The notes under the pieces: generated by a model
Databases searched by the model: none
Told to the model about the DNA's origin: nothing
Seen by the model: only the letters and a program-made list of their open reading frames with translations
Shown: positions 1 to 9,241 of the stretch, in pieces
Layout of the letters: the number at the start of each line of letters is the position of its first letter
How positions within the stretch are numbered: position 1 is the stretch's first letter
Assembly: GCA_039589315.1 (NCBI GenBank)
Contig: JBDHHQ010000034.1
Location: 1 to 44,635 of the forward strand
Length of the DNA stretch: 44,635 nucleotides
Origin: Gemmatimonadota bacterium
GTDB lineage: Bacteria > Gemmatimonadota > Gemmatimonadetes > Longimicrobiales > Gaopeijiaceae
Direction of reading: 5' to 3'
Position numbers and translations under genes: made by a program

Positions 1-1
1 C

Positions 2-667
2 TCGATGAACGTGGTGGCGCTCCCGGACGGGACCGTCTTGACCGGATACTACGAGTGGCTCCGGATGGGTGGATCCGAGCGGTTGGGGCTGCTCTGGACG
101 CTGCTCGTGGCGGATACGGCTGCCGCACCCAACCTGACTACTTCGAAGAACGGAATGGGCATGGGGTGGCTGGCGGCGGACCCGAGGGAATCCGCCGATC
201 GCCTCTACATGGTGTTCGTGCGAGGCGGTGAGCTGGTGGTCGGCGTTGCTGACGGCGGCGGGGAGCGCTGGTCCGAGCCGGTGGCCGTGGCGACCGTGCC
301 CGACGGGCAATTCGTGATCTCCGCGGCCGCCGTGGATGGGGCCGGGCGGGTAGGGGTGGTGTGGACCACACCCATGCCGTCGCCCGAAGGCCAGGTCTGC
401 CATGCCACCTGGTTCAGCGGGTCTGAGGACGAGGGAGCCAACTTCTCCGCCCCCGTGATGCTGGAAGGCGCCCCCGGGTGCCTGACGGTGCCCGGCACCG
501 CCACCCTGCTGGCCATGTCGGGCGAGTACTGGAACACCAACGAGAGCTACGCCCGCGGCGGGGAGTACCTGGGGCTGGTGGGGTTTCCCGAGGGCGGGTT
601 CTACGCGGTGTGGACCGAAGCGGTGGACGACGTGACCCAGATCCTGGGGCGGCGGGTCCGGTACTGA
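2..667 (+). CDS. BNR/Asp-box (sialidase-like beta-propeller) protein, C-terminal part; frame is open at the window edge
   Basis: Asp-box-like motifs 'FSGSEDEGANFS' and 'VADGGGERWS'; beta-propeller-like repeats ('GRVGVVWT', 'GFYAVWTE'); TGA at 665-667. Confidence 0.65.
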   Translation, partial: SMNVVALPDGTVLTGYYEWLRMGGSERLGLLWTLLVADTAAAPNLTTSKNGMGMGWLAADPRESADRLYMVFVRGGELVVGVADGGGERWSEPVAVATVPDGQFVISAAAVDGAGRVGVVWTTPMPSPEGQVCHATWFSGSEDEGANFSAPVMLEGAPGCLTVPGTATLLAMSGEYWNTNESYARGGEYLGLVGFPEGGFYAVWTEAVDDVTQILGRRVRY

Positions 668-797
668 ACCGCCAACGCCTGCGTCACGTCTTCACCCACG
701 GCCGAGCCGTAGAACCCCGGCGAGACCGAGGTCGAGCGGCACCCGGTCCAGGAGTGCCGAGGAGCGGTTCCGGTCTGTCTTGGCGGGCGCGTCGGGT

Positions 798-992
798 CCA
801 TGATCCGAGAGATAGCCGCACTTGGGCTCCCCAATCGACCCGGTCTCCCTGGACCTCGTTCTGGTACTCCTTGGGGATGTCGAAGTAGTGGCCTCGACCC
901 ATGGCGCTCAGGCGCCAGCGGTCGTTGTCGATGAACTTGAAGCCGACCCCCTCTTACATGATCAAGGGAATGAGGGTGGCGACCGTCTTCCG
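798..992 (-). pseudogene. Remnant resembling a MipA/OmpV-family outer-membrane protein
   Basis: Minus frame reads RKTVATLIPLIM*EGVGFKFIDNDRWRLSAMGRGHYFDIPKEYQNEVQGDRVDWGAQVRLSLGSW with an in-frame TAA at 954-956; coding-like codon usage but no start or signal peptide; family call from recalled motif similarity. Confidence 0.5.
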
Positions 993-1160
993 ACCTCCGG
1001 GTTCTGGTCTTCTTAGGCGTCGGGCTCGGGGGCGGGGGTCCGGGGAAGCCCTGGGCAACATTGGCGACGACCCGGGTCGGCGCTAGACCGGATAGTCGAA
1101 ACAAGAGTCGCCGGTGCGCTCACATCGACGATCTCATTGATCGACCGAGTCCCAGGTCAC

Positions 1161-2684
1161 TCAGGGCAGGTGGGAACGCCGGGCCCCGCCCAGACGCTCC
1201 ACGATTCCAGCGGTGATACGCTCCGCGTTGGCGAGAATCGTGAGGCTCGTGCTCACTGCGATCGATCCCGGAACCGCGGCTCCGTCGGTCACGAACAGCC
1301 CTGGGTGTCCGAACGCTTCCCCGTCCGCGTCCACCACCCCGAATCCTCGGGAGTCCGCCATCGCACACGAGCCGACCTGGTGGCTCGTGTCGAAGTGCAC
1401 GTCCTCATGTGCTTCGCCGTTCGAATCCACGAAGTCCACGTCCAGAGGACGACATCCATTGCGCTGATAGATCGAGTGCAGGAGCGCCTTCGTGCGCTTG
1501 TAGTACTCGCGTAGCTGATCCGAGAGCTCCAGGCTGAGCCTGAGCCTGCGTCGTGACCACTCCAGTCTGGCGGTCGGCGGTGTGAGTCCGAGCGCGAACA
1601 GTACCACCATTCGATGGCGATACTTCCGCATCAGCTCTACGTGAGCCTGACCCCAGTGAAGCGGCACCCCACCCTCGGGGGAGGTGATCCGGGCCGCGGC
1701 CATGGCCTGGAGCGGCAGTGGTTTGACGGCCTGAACCGTAATGCCGTGTGACTCGAGGAACTCGTAGCTCACCATGCCGGGGTGTGAGCGGCCGGTGAAC
1801 ATGTCCCCGTCCGGCCAATCCGGTCCCAAGAGTGCGGCCGTCTTCACACCACCATTGAAGGCGACTCTGGTGCCAACGGTTTCGCTCAGACCAGGCAGGC
1901 TTCCTCTCGACTTCAGGAGGAGCTTCGCTGAGCCCAGGGTCCCGCCTGCCAGGATGAGCAAGCGCGCTCGGTACCGAACATCCGCCCCTGCTGCCGCGTC
2001 ACGGCAATCCACCTCGTAACGCAACGGCGGCAGACCATTGGCCGAGGGGATTCGCGTCTGGACTTGGCGAACGTGACGCGCTTCGATCCCGGTAATGAAG
2101 TTTGCGCCGGCCGCCTTCGCCTTGGGGATATAGTTGAAGTGGAGCGACTGTTTCGCGCCGTAGATACAGCCGGCCACGCAGAACCCGCTCCCGATACACC
2201 CGCGAATGGCGTAGGCCGCCCTGTCGCAAGAGTAACCCAGGTTCTTCATCATGCGCGAGAACAAGAGCCCGCTCTTCGGAATGTGGTCCACTGGGATCTG
2301 ATGCACGTTCAACATGCGTTCGGCGACTTGGTAGTATGGGTCCAATGACTCTCTGCTGACCGACGTCGGCCAAAGGCGGCGGCCGTTCTCATCGCAGGTA
2401 TCGAACGCCAGCGAGGGCGCCCTGAGGGACACCATTTCATAGAAGCCGGACGCACCGCCCAGCGCTTCGACGTACGTCATGCCGATGTTCAGGCCCTGAT
2501 GGCTGCGAAAGTAGTCGAGGAAGTAGGACGGATCCTGGGTTTGTCGGAAGTCCCGAGGTGCGTCGATGTGAGGTCCCTCTTCCAGCACCGTTACGGACAG
2601 GCCTGACTCGGCAAGGCGCAGAGCGGGTGGCGCGGCTCCGAATCCGCTCCCGACGATCAGTACGTCAGTGACGATGGGATCCAT
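1161..2684 (-). CDS. GMC family FAD-dependent oxidoreductase (cholesterol oxidase/sugar dehydrogenase-like)
   Basis: N-terminal Rossmann motif 'DVLIVGSGFGA', Cys cluster 'CIGSGFCVAGCIYGAK', 'ILAGGTLGS', C-terminal 'SHQVGSC...GVVD...GLFVTDGAAVP'; start set at MDPIV (2684), just downstream of the partner gene. Confidence 0.88.
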   Translation of the reverse strand: MDPIVTDVLIVGSGFGAAPPALRLAESGLSVTVLEEGPHIDAPRDFRQTQDPSYFLDYFRSHQGLNIGMTYVEALGGASGFYEMVSLRAPSLAFDTCDENGRRLWPTSVSRESLDPYYQVAERMLNVHQIPVDHIPKSGLLFSRMMKNLGYSCDRAAYAIRGCIGSGFCVAGCIYGAKQSLHFNYIPKAKAAGANFITGIEARHVRQVQTRIPSANGLPPLRYEVDCRDAAAGADVRYRARLLILAGGTLGSAKLLLKSRGSLPGLSETVGTRVAFNGGVKTAALLGPDWPDGDMFTGRSHPGMVSYEFLESHGITVQAVKPLPLQAMAAARITSPEGGVPLHWGQAHVELMRKYRHRMVVLFALGLTPPTARLEWSRRRLRLSLELSDQLREYYKRTKALLHSIYQRNGCRPLDVDFVDSNGEAHEDVHFDTSHQVGSCAMADSRGFGVVDADGEAFGHPGLFVTDGAAVPGSIAVSTSLTILANAERITAGIVERLGGARRSHLP

Positions 2685-2692
2685 GGCGCCGC

Positions 2693-3259
2693 CTATGCGA
2701 AGTTGCCACGCACGCCGAGTTCGTTCGCCAGGAACTCGTCGGCCCGGGGATAGGTCAGGTCGGTCCAGGAGCGAGGGCGGTACCGTCCCTCCCAACCGAT
2801 CGTTGGACAGCCGTCGGAATCGTCGTAGATCCCGACGTACGACGAGATCTGAGTGAGGTAGATCGCACCGGCGTAGAGCCGGGCCGTCGTGGGATCCGCA
2901 CCGAGGCCCTCGGTGATGACCTGTGCTCGTTCCTCTCCGCTCAGGAATTCGAACGCCGGGGAGCCGAGGCAATCTCGCGCCCTCCGGCAGAGGTCGGCAG
3001 CCAGATAGCCGGTGTGCAAATGAAGTGGGAATCGAGGGTCGAATAGGTGCCGGGTCGGGTCGTTCTGGCGCGGTCCGACACCCGGCACGACCGCATCCAC
3101 GAACGCCGCCAGCACCCGCTTGACCCGATCGAGGTCTTTATCGAACTCTACCGGATACCAACGAAGAAAGACCTTCACGGGGGTGCAGCCGGTTACAGCC
3201 AGGGCACCAGCCGTGAGCCCCAGCATGCCGAGTGCCTTTCTTCTCGAGATCGCTTCCAC
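2693..3259 (-). CDS. Tat-signal lipoprotein, gluconate 2-dehydrogenase subunit 3-like partner of the GMC enzyme
   Basis: 'ISRRKALGMLG...LAVTGC' (twin-Arg plus lipobox), 'LAAFVDAVVPG', 'FEFLSGEERAQVI', 'IGWEG'; GTG start preceded by GGGAG; 8 bp from the GMC gene. Confidence 0.7.
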   Translation of the reverse strand: MEAISRRKALGMLGLTAGALAVTGCTPVKVFLRWYPVEFDKDLDRVKRVLAAFVDAVVPGVGPRQNDPTRHLFDPRFPLHLHTGYLAADLCRRARDCLGSPAFEFLSGEERAQVITEGLGADPTTARLYAGAIYLTQISSYVGIYDDSDGCPTIGWEGRYRPRSWTDLTYPRADEFLANELGVRGNFA

Positions 3260-3385
3260 CGGCCGCTCCCTGCGATGGGTTCGCAACGCGTGGAGAAAGC
3301 TCGCTCTGGTGGGTCAAGCAGAGATCAAGCGGGGGCAGAGCCCCTCGACTGCAACACCGGGGGCCACGTGGGAATCCCGCCGCCC

Positions 3386-3592
3386 GGACGCGTCACGGTC
3401 ATCGGCGATGGGCTGGCCGTGGTGGACATGACCTTCGACCGGGGTCCGTTCCAGTTCGCCGATTTCGAGACGAACCTCACTGTGAACGGCGACGTCCTGC
3501 AGTTGACCGGCGCCGAGCTAATCCAATGGGACTTCCGGGACGGCGCCGGCGCCGTTCCCGCAATATGGGAAAGCCGCTGGCGTCGGGTGAAT
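3386..3592 (+). pseudogene. Possible C-terminal remnant of a lipocalin-like beta-barrel protein
   Basis: Coding-like stretch GRVTVIGDGLAVVDMTFDRGPFQFADFETNLTVNGDVLQLTGAELIQWDFRDG...WESRWRRVN without a convincing start or RBS; same open frame as the downstream TlpA gene. Confidence 0.3.
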
Positions 3593-3700
3593 CAGCGCCG
3601 GTCCCAAAGCTACGCCGGGTCCACCTGTCCGGTCGGTTGGCAGGCTTGCGCAATCTACAGTGGCACTTGGAAAAGCCATTCGGAGAAGGAGCCCCTGCCA

Positions 3701-4204
3701 ATGGACACGACAGCTTCCCACACGATTGCCGGACCGTACGACGTCGGCGACGTCGTTGAGGACTTCGCCCTGCCCACGTTGGACGGCGGTGAGGGCCGAC
3801 TCACCGACTACGACGGCAAGGTCGTGCTGCTCGTGTTCACCGCCACGTGGTGTCCCTATTGTGGAGCCGAGGCCCCGTTTCTCGAGCAGGAGATCTGGCA
3901 GCGATTCAAGGACCGCGACTTCCAGCTCGTGGTCGTGGACATCAAGGAGTCCGCCGAGCTCATGCGACCCTTCCGCGAGCGATACGGATGGACCTGTCCG
4001 GTCTGGTCGGACGAGCAGGGCCATCTGGCTCTGAGGTTCGCACCACAGAAAGAGGGCCTGCCTCCGGAAGTCGCCGTCATCAACGCTCATTTCATCCTCG
4101 ACGGCGCGCGGAGGGTGCTCTACCGCGACTATCTCAATATGGAGCGCTTCGACGCCCGCGCGGCGCCGGTCGTCGCGGAGCTCGAGCGGGTGCTCGGACC
4201 TTGA
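3701..4204 (+). CDS. TlpA/redoxin-family thiol-disulfide oxidoreductase
   Basis: 'DFALPTLDG...GKVVLLVFTATWCPYC' thioredoxin-like CxxC; AAGGAG RBS upstream of ATG 3701. Confidence 0.85.
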   Translation: MDTTASHTIAGPYDVGDVVEDFALPTLDGGEGRLTDYDGKVVLLVFTATWCPYCGAEAPFLEQEIWQRFKDRDFQLVVVDIKESAELMRPFRERYGWTCPVWSDEQGHLALRFAPQKEGLPPEVAVINAHFILDGARRVLYRDYLNMERFDARAAPVVAELERVLGP

Positions 4205-4220
4205 CCACCCGAGGGGTGGA

Positions 4221-4547
4221 CATATCGAAGCGCACGAGCCGTCGGAACCGTTTCTGATCCCGACGGTGCTGAGGGTGACCTCGCCAGGGCATCTGGATGT
4301 GGGACCCGTGGAGTACCCACCGCCCCGCGAGCGGAGACTGAGCTGGAACCCCTCGCCTTTGCTGATCTACGAAGGTACGATTCGCATCGAGGCCCCGATC
4401 CGCATCGGACGAGAAGCTGCGCCGGGCCCTCTCCCGGTGACCGCTGAGCTACGCTACCAGGCATGTACCCAGACCGCGTGCATGCCCCCGACCTCTCAGT
4501 CCGTACAGTTTGCCGTCGAGATCAGGAGTGGGCCGCGAAGCTCCTGA
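4221..4547 (+). pseudogene. DsbD N-terminal (Ig-like) domain, apparently 5'-truncated (alternatively a short CDS from GTG 4266)
   Basis: 'HIEAHEPSEPFLIPT...VEYP...LLIYEG...LRYQACTQTACMPP' is the DsbD-alpha signature; similarity begins upstream of the first usable in-frame start. Confidence 0.6.
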
Positions 4548-4614
4548 ACGGGAGTCGCATCAACGTCCACCACGCCCGCAAGGTACCAGCGAAGGGTGTG
4601 TCCGAGCTCGTTGA

Positions 4615-6189
4615 TCAGTCCCGCTGGCAGTCGGCGAAGCCCCAGTCGGAGCTCTCCCCTGCGGACCCGCCTACACTGACTGCCTCCCCCTCGAACACGG
4701 GCAGCGGCACACCGTCCACGTCATCCAGCTCTACGCCCAACAACGTTGCGGTCGTCGGGGCCAGATCGGTCAACGACGCCCCGTCCAGCTGCCCGGCGCT
4801 GACGCCGGGACCGACGCAGAAGAAGACGCCGTCTGCCACATGGTTGCCGCTTCGCCAGTCCCGCGACGGGACCCGGACCCGTCCCAACCTGGACGAGGCG
4901 ACTGCCGTGATGGGCGCGTCCCGGTTCCATACCACCAGCAAATCCGGCATGCCCGTGGGCGTGCCGTCTGACGGAGCATCGGTCCGGATGACCTCGTCCA
5001 CCAGGCGGCGGCCCGTCTTGGGATCGACCAGCTGGAGCAGATCCCGGCTCAGTTCGGAGCAGAACCGCTCCAGCTCTGCACCCGGTTGGATTCGACCCTC
5101 GGGCTCGCGACCCACCACGTTGACCCGAATCGCGCCTGCCACCTCATTGTGCGGGACCTGGAACGCCGTGCGAAAACGACGGGACCTCACGAGCGTGCGC
5201 CGAGCGAACCTGCGCACCCTTCGGTTCTTCGATCCCTGGCCCCAGAGCGAAGCCCGGTGCAGCAGCGACAGCGGCAGCGAGCGCTCCCGCCTGAGCAGCA
5301 CCGCCTCGAGCAGATGCTCGCCCGTCGCATTCGCTTCCATGCCCATGTCCGAGAAGACGATCACCCGCGTGTCCGGACTGACCATCTCCAGCAGTTCGCC
5401 CAACTCCTGATCCAGCGCTTGGTAGACGCGCTTGACGGGGTTCCCGACCTCTTCCGCCAGTTCGACGTCGTACGCCGGGTGCGACGGGTCGCTCAGGTGC
5501 CAGCACTGGTGGGCGACGCAGTGCGACTCCTTGAACACGGTCAGGAACATGTCCCATCCACCCTGCCCCAGGAGCTCGCGAGAGTACGCCGCCTTCTGTC
5601 GAAGGCTGTAGAGGAGCCCTGACACGTATAGCGGATAGCTTTCACGGGGGAGCTTGTCGCCCAGGCACATGTAGCCAGGCGTCCCATATCTATCCATGGG
5701 ATCGTCACCGAAGCGCTCCAATACGTCGGCAGCCAGCTCCGGCGGCGTGCTCCGAGTTGCACCCTCTCGCCCGTGGGTACGCCAATCGGCCAACTGGATG
5801 CCGCTCAGCTCGGTGGTGACCGGAGACTTGGGTACGTCCACCACCGCGACCCGGCGTCCGGCTCGGCTGATCGCTTCCCAGAAGGGCGGGGCATGGGCGT
5901 CCTCGGCCACGGCCCGCCTGAAAGCGTAGGAGCCGGGCACCACCTGGCGGTAGAAGAAGCGACCGTGGCGCTCGGGCGTAAGCCCCGTCCAGAACGTGGC
6001 CCAGGAGGCCTCGTCACCCATGGCCGGCGGGCTCGCGAGCGCCCCCCAAGCCCCCCGCTCCCGCAGCGACTGTAACACGGGAAGCTCGCCGGAATCGCAC
6101 CACCGCAACAGCAAGGTGGGATCGGCGGAGTCCAGGCCGACGACCAGAACTTTGGCGAGCGAATCACCGTTGGGGGCTGCTGGCAGCAT
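4615..6189 (-). CDS. Alkaline phosphatase superfamily protein (type I phosphodiesterase/nucleotide pyrophosphatase-like)
   Basis: 'KVLVVGLDSAD', 'SWATFWTGLTPERHG', 'VIVFSDMGM', 'SGNHVADGVF...SLTDLAPT'. Confidence 0.85.
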   Translation of the reverse strand: MLPAAPNGDSLAKVLVVGLDSADPTLLLRWCDSGELPVLQSLRERGAWGALASPPAMGDEASWATFWTGLTPERHGRFFYRQVVPGSYAFRRAVAEDAHAPPFWEAISRAGRRVAVVDVPKSPVTTELSGIQLADWRTHGREGATRSTPPELAADVLERFGDDPMDRYGTPGYMCLGDKLPRESYPLYVSGLLYSLRQKAAYSRELLGQGGWDMFLTVFKESHCVAHQCWHLSDPSHPAYDVELAEEVGNPVKRVYQALDQELGELLEMVSPDTRVIVFSDMGMEANATGEHLLEAVLLRRERSLPLSLLHRASLWGQGSKNRRVRRFARRTLVRSRRFRTAFQVPHNEVAGAIRVNVVGREPEGRIQPGAELERFCSELSRDLLQLVDPKTGRRLVDEVIRTDAPSDGTPTGMPDLLVVWNRDAPITAVASSRLGRVRVPSRDWRSGNHVADGVFFCVGPGVSAGQLDGASLTDLAPTTATLLGVELDDVDGVPLPVFEGEAVSVGGSAGESSDWGFADCQRD

Positions 6190-6625
6190 TAGCGGCTCCG
6201 ATGGATCCGGGGTCTTCGAGCGCGGTTCGGCCCGATTTCACCTCTGGACGATGCAAGGCTCAGACCAGGCGGGTGATGTGCCGCACGAGCGGTCCGCCCG
6301 GCGCACCGTCGAAGCAGCTCGGAGCGCCCACCACCGTCGAGTCCGGACGCTGTAGCTCTGCCGCGCATCGTTGTGCGGTCTGGAGGTCGTAGCTCCGGCT
6401 CGATCCGTGGTCACCGCCGAGCGCCGCCGCCAACACTCGACCAGGTCTCCGTGTCCCTGCAGTGAAAGCGCGGCCCGAGACTGGTCAAGAAGCCGGGTTC
6501 TTTCTTATTCTGTATGGATACCCTCGCCCGGGGCATATCTACTCCGAAACGCGAATCTGCCGCGAGCCGGTGCGCGCCTCCGCGGGTGAGAGCACAACGC
6601 GTCCAGCCACGACCCGAGGGTAGGC

Positions 6626-9091
6626 ATGAAGACACTTGCCGCCGCAGTAGTGGGCAGCGTGCTCGTGGTGCTTCCCGCGCCGAGCCGGGTCCACGCACCG
6701 ATCTCCCAGCCGGGATACGAAGGGCCGCGTTCCGGTCAACCCACGACACCCGACGAGACGTCCGAAGCCTACACCGCCGTCATCCGGCGCTACTGCGTCT
6801 CCTGCCACGGCGGACGCCAGCCGAAGGGGAACCTCTCGCTCCGACGGTTCGACGTCGCCGAGGTGACCGCCGAGGCCGAGACCACCGAGAAGATCATCCG
6901 GAAGCTCCGGGCCGGCATGATGCCGCCACCGGGCAAGGACAGGCCGGAAGGCGACACCCTCACAGCCATGGTCGCGTACCTCGAGGCCACCATCGACGAG
7001 GCCGCCGCGGCCGCTCCCGACCCGGGCCATCGCACGTTCCAGCGCCTGAACCGGGCCGAGTACGCCGCTTCCGTGAAGGATCTGCTCGCACTCGACATCG
7101 ACGCCGGGGCGTATCTGCCTCTGGACACGAAGAGCGCCAACTTCGACAACATCGCCGACGTCCAACTCCTGTCTCCGACGTTGATGGACGCGTATCTGAC
7201 CGCGGCGGGCGAGATCAGCCGTCTTGCCGTGGGTGACCCGGACGCGAGTCCCAGCGAGACCACGTACAAGGTGCCTCGCCTGGCATCCCAGACGGACCAC
7301 GCGGAGGGGGCGCCCTTCGGGACCCGTGGCGGCACCAGCGTGATCCACAACTTCCCGGCCGACGGCGAGTACGTCTTCCGGATCATGCTGCACGCCACGC
7401 CCACCGGACTCCTGTTCGGGCGAACCTCCACCGGTGAGCGGCTCGAAGTGTCCGTGGACGGTGCGCGGGTCGCGCTGCTGGACATCGACCGCTGGAAGTC
7501 CCAGTCCGATCCCGACGGGATGAACGTCCAGACCGAGCCCGTCCAGGTGCGGGCCGGCCCCCACCGTGTCTCCGCGGCCTTCATTCCGACGGCCGAAGGG
7601 CCGGTGGAAGACGTGATGGCGCCCATCGGCCACAGTCTGGCCGACACGCGCATCGGTCTCGCCTACGGCATCACGACTGTCCCCCATCTCAGGGACCTGG
7701 TCGTGAGCGGCCCGTACAACGTCACGGGTGTCTCCGACACGCCCACCCGGGGGCTCGTTTTCACCTGCCGCCCCACGTCTCCCGCCGAGGAGCGTGCGTG
7801 CGCCGAGGAGATCGTCACGCGCCTGGGCACGCAGGCCTACCGGCGGCCCCTGGAGGCGAGGGACACGGAGGCCCTCCTGTCGTTCTTCGAGGAGGGCGCG
7901 GCCGAGGGCGGCTTCGAGATTGGCGTTCGCACGGCGCTGCAGGCGATCCTGGCGAGCCCCCACTTCCTGTTCCGGTTCGAGGAGCGGGTGACCCCGGCGG
8001 GTCCCGAGGCCGACGTGGCTCAGGCGTACAGGATCAGCGATCTGGACCTGGCGTCACGACTGTCGTTCTTCCTGTGGTCCACGCCGCCGGACGAGGAGCT
8101 CGTCGGCCTGGCGAGTCTGGGCCAGCTCTCGGAGCCGGCGGCGCTGGAGGAGCAGGTGCGCCGCATGCTCGCCGATCCTCGCTCGGAGGCCTTGGGCACG
8201 CGGTTTGCCGCTCAATGGCTCCGCCTGCAGGATCTCGCAAAGGTCCATCCCGACGCACTCAAGTTTCCGGACTTCGACCAGCAGCTGGCCGACGCCATGC
8301 GGCGGGAGACCGAGCTGTTCTTCAACAGCTTGGTCCGGGAGGACCGAAGCGTCTACGACCTGGTCGACGCGGACTACTCGATCATGAACGAGCGCCTGGC
8401 GAGCCACTACGGGATCAGTGGCGTCACGGGGGACCAGTTCCGGCGCGTGGCCTATCCCGACGAGACGCGCCGGGGTCTGCTGGGACACGGCAGCGTCCTC
8501 ACCCTCACCTCGCACGCGAATCGCACGTCGCCCGTGCTGAGGGGGAAGTGGGTCATGGAGGTGCTGTTCGGCACCCCGCCGCCGCCGCCGCCGCCGGGTG
8601 TGCCGGACCTCGAGGCCACCGAGGGAGCCCGGGAAGGCAAGCTGCTCACGACCCGGGAGCGCATGGAGCTGCACCGGGCGAACCCGGTGTGTGCCAGCTG
8701 CCACCTGTTCATGGACCCCATCGGCCTGGCCCTGGACAACTTCGACGTCACGGGCCAGTGGCGCATCCGCGAGAACGGGATGCCGCTGGACACCCGGGGT
8801 GAGCTCTACGACGGCACGCCCGTACAGACGCCCATGGACCTGCGCCAGGCGATGCTCGAGCGGCCGACTCCATGGATCCGCACGTTCACCGAGAATCTGC
8901 TGGCGTACGGGCTGGGCCGGCGCGTCGAGTACTTCGACCAGCCCACGGTACGCGGCATCGTGCGGGACGCCGAGGCGCAAGAGCACCGCATGTCGGCCTA
9001 CATCCTGGGGGTGGTGAACAGCCCCGCCTTCCAGATGAAGTCCAATGAAGCGATCGCTGACGACGCGGACGACACCGTCAAGAGCATGTAG
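6626..9091 (+). CDS. DUF1592-domain protein with c-type heme motifs (DUF1587/1595/1592/1588/1585 architecture)
   Basis: Signal-like N-terminus; two CxxCH motifs (YCVSCH, CASCH); 'RLNRAEY', 'LASRLSFFLWS', 'RTSPVLRGKWV', 'PPPPPP', 'MDPIGLALDNFD', 'YGLGR'. Confidence 0.9.
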   Translation: MKTLAAAVVGSVLVVLPAPSRVHAPISQPGYEGPRSGQPTTPDETSEAYTAVIRRYCVSCHGGRQPKGNLSLRRFDVAEVTAEAETTEKIIRKLRAGMMPPPGKDRPEGDTLTAMVAYLEATIDEAAAAAPDPGHRTFQRLNRAEYAASVKDLLALDIDAGAYLPLDTKSANFDNIADVQLLSPTLMDAYLTAAGEISRLAVGDPDASPSETTYKVPRLASQTDHAEGAPFGTRGGTSVIHNFPADGEYVFRIMLHATPTGLLFGRTSTGERLEVSVDGARVALLDIDRWKSQSDPDGMNVQTEPVQVRAGPHRVSAAFIPTAEGPVEDVMAPIGHSLADTRIGLAYGITTVPHLRDLVVSGPYNVTGVSDTPTRGLVFTCRPTSPAEERACAEEIVTRLGTQAYRRPLEARDTEALLSFFEEGAAEGGFEIGVRTALQAILASPHFLFRFEERVTPAGPEADVAQAYRISDLDLASRLSFFLWSTPPDEELVGLASLGQLSEPAALEEQVRRMLADPRSEALGTRFAAQWLRLQDLAKVHPDALKFPDFDQQLADAMRRETELFFNSLVREDRSVYDLVDADYSIMNERLASHYGISGVTGDQFRRVAYPDETRRGLLGHGSVLTLTSHANRTSPVLRGKWVMEVLFGTPPPPPPPGVPDLEATEGAREGKLLTTRERMELHRANPVCASCHLFMDPIGLALDNFDVTGQWRIRENGMPLDTRGELYDGTPVQTPMDLRQAMLERPTPWIRTFTENLLAYGLGRRVEYFDQPTVRGIVRDAEAQEHRMSAYILGVVNSPAFQMKSNEAIADDADDTVKSM

Positions 9092-9241
9092 CAGCGGACC
9101 AGCGAAGACCGCGTGGCGCCCAACGGTGAAGATCCCCTTGGGCGCGAGCGGCAAGAGCGCCTGGCGCCGGTCCATGAGGGCTGGTAACGCCACAACGGAA
9201 GACGGATGCAGATCTAGGCCAGATCCGAGGAGAACGACTGG

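Noticed and set aside
3047..3700. 385-aa ORF as a genuine TlpA fusion
   Set aside because: Its 5' part overlaps the opposite-strand Tat lipoprotein gene, and a good RBS precedes ATG 3701
4202..4219. UGA plus hairpin as a selenocysteine codon with SECIS
   Set aside because: The UGA is not at a catalytic Cys position, the stem starts immediately after the codon, and the downstream domain is in another frame
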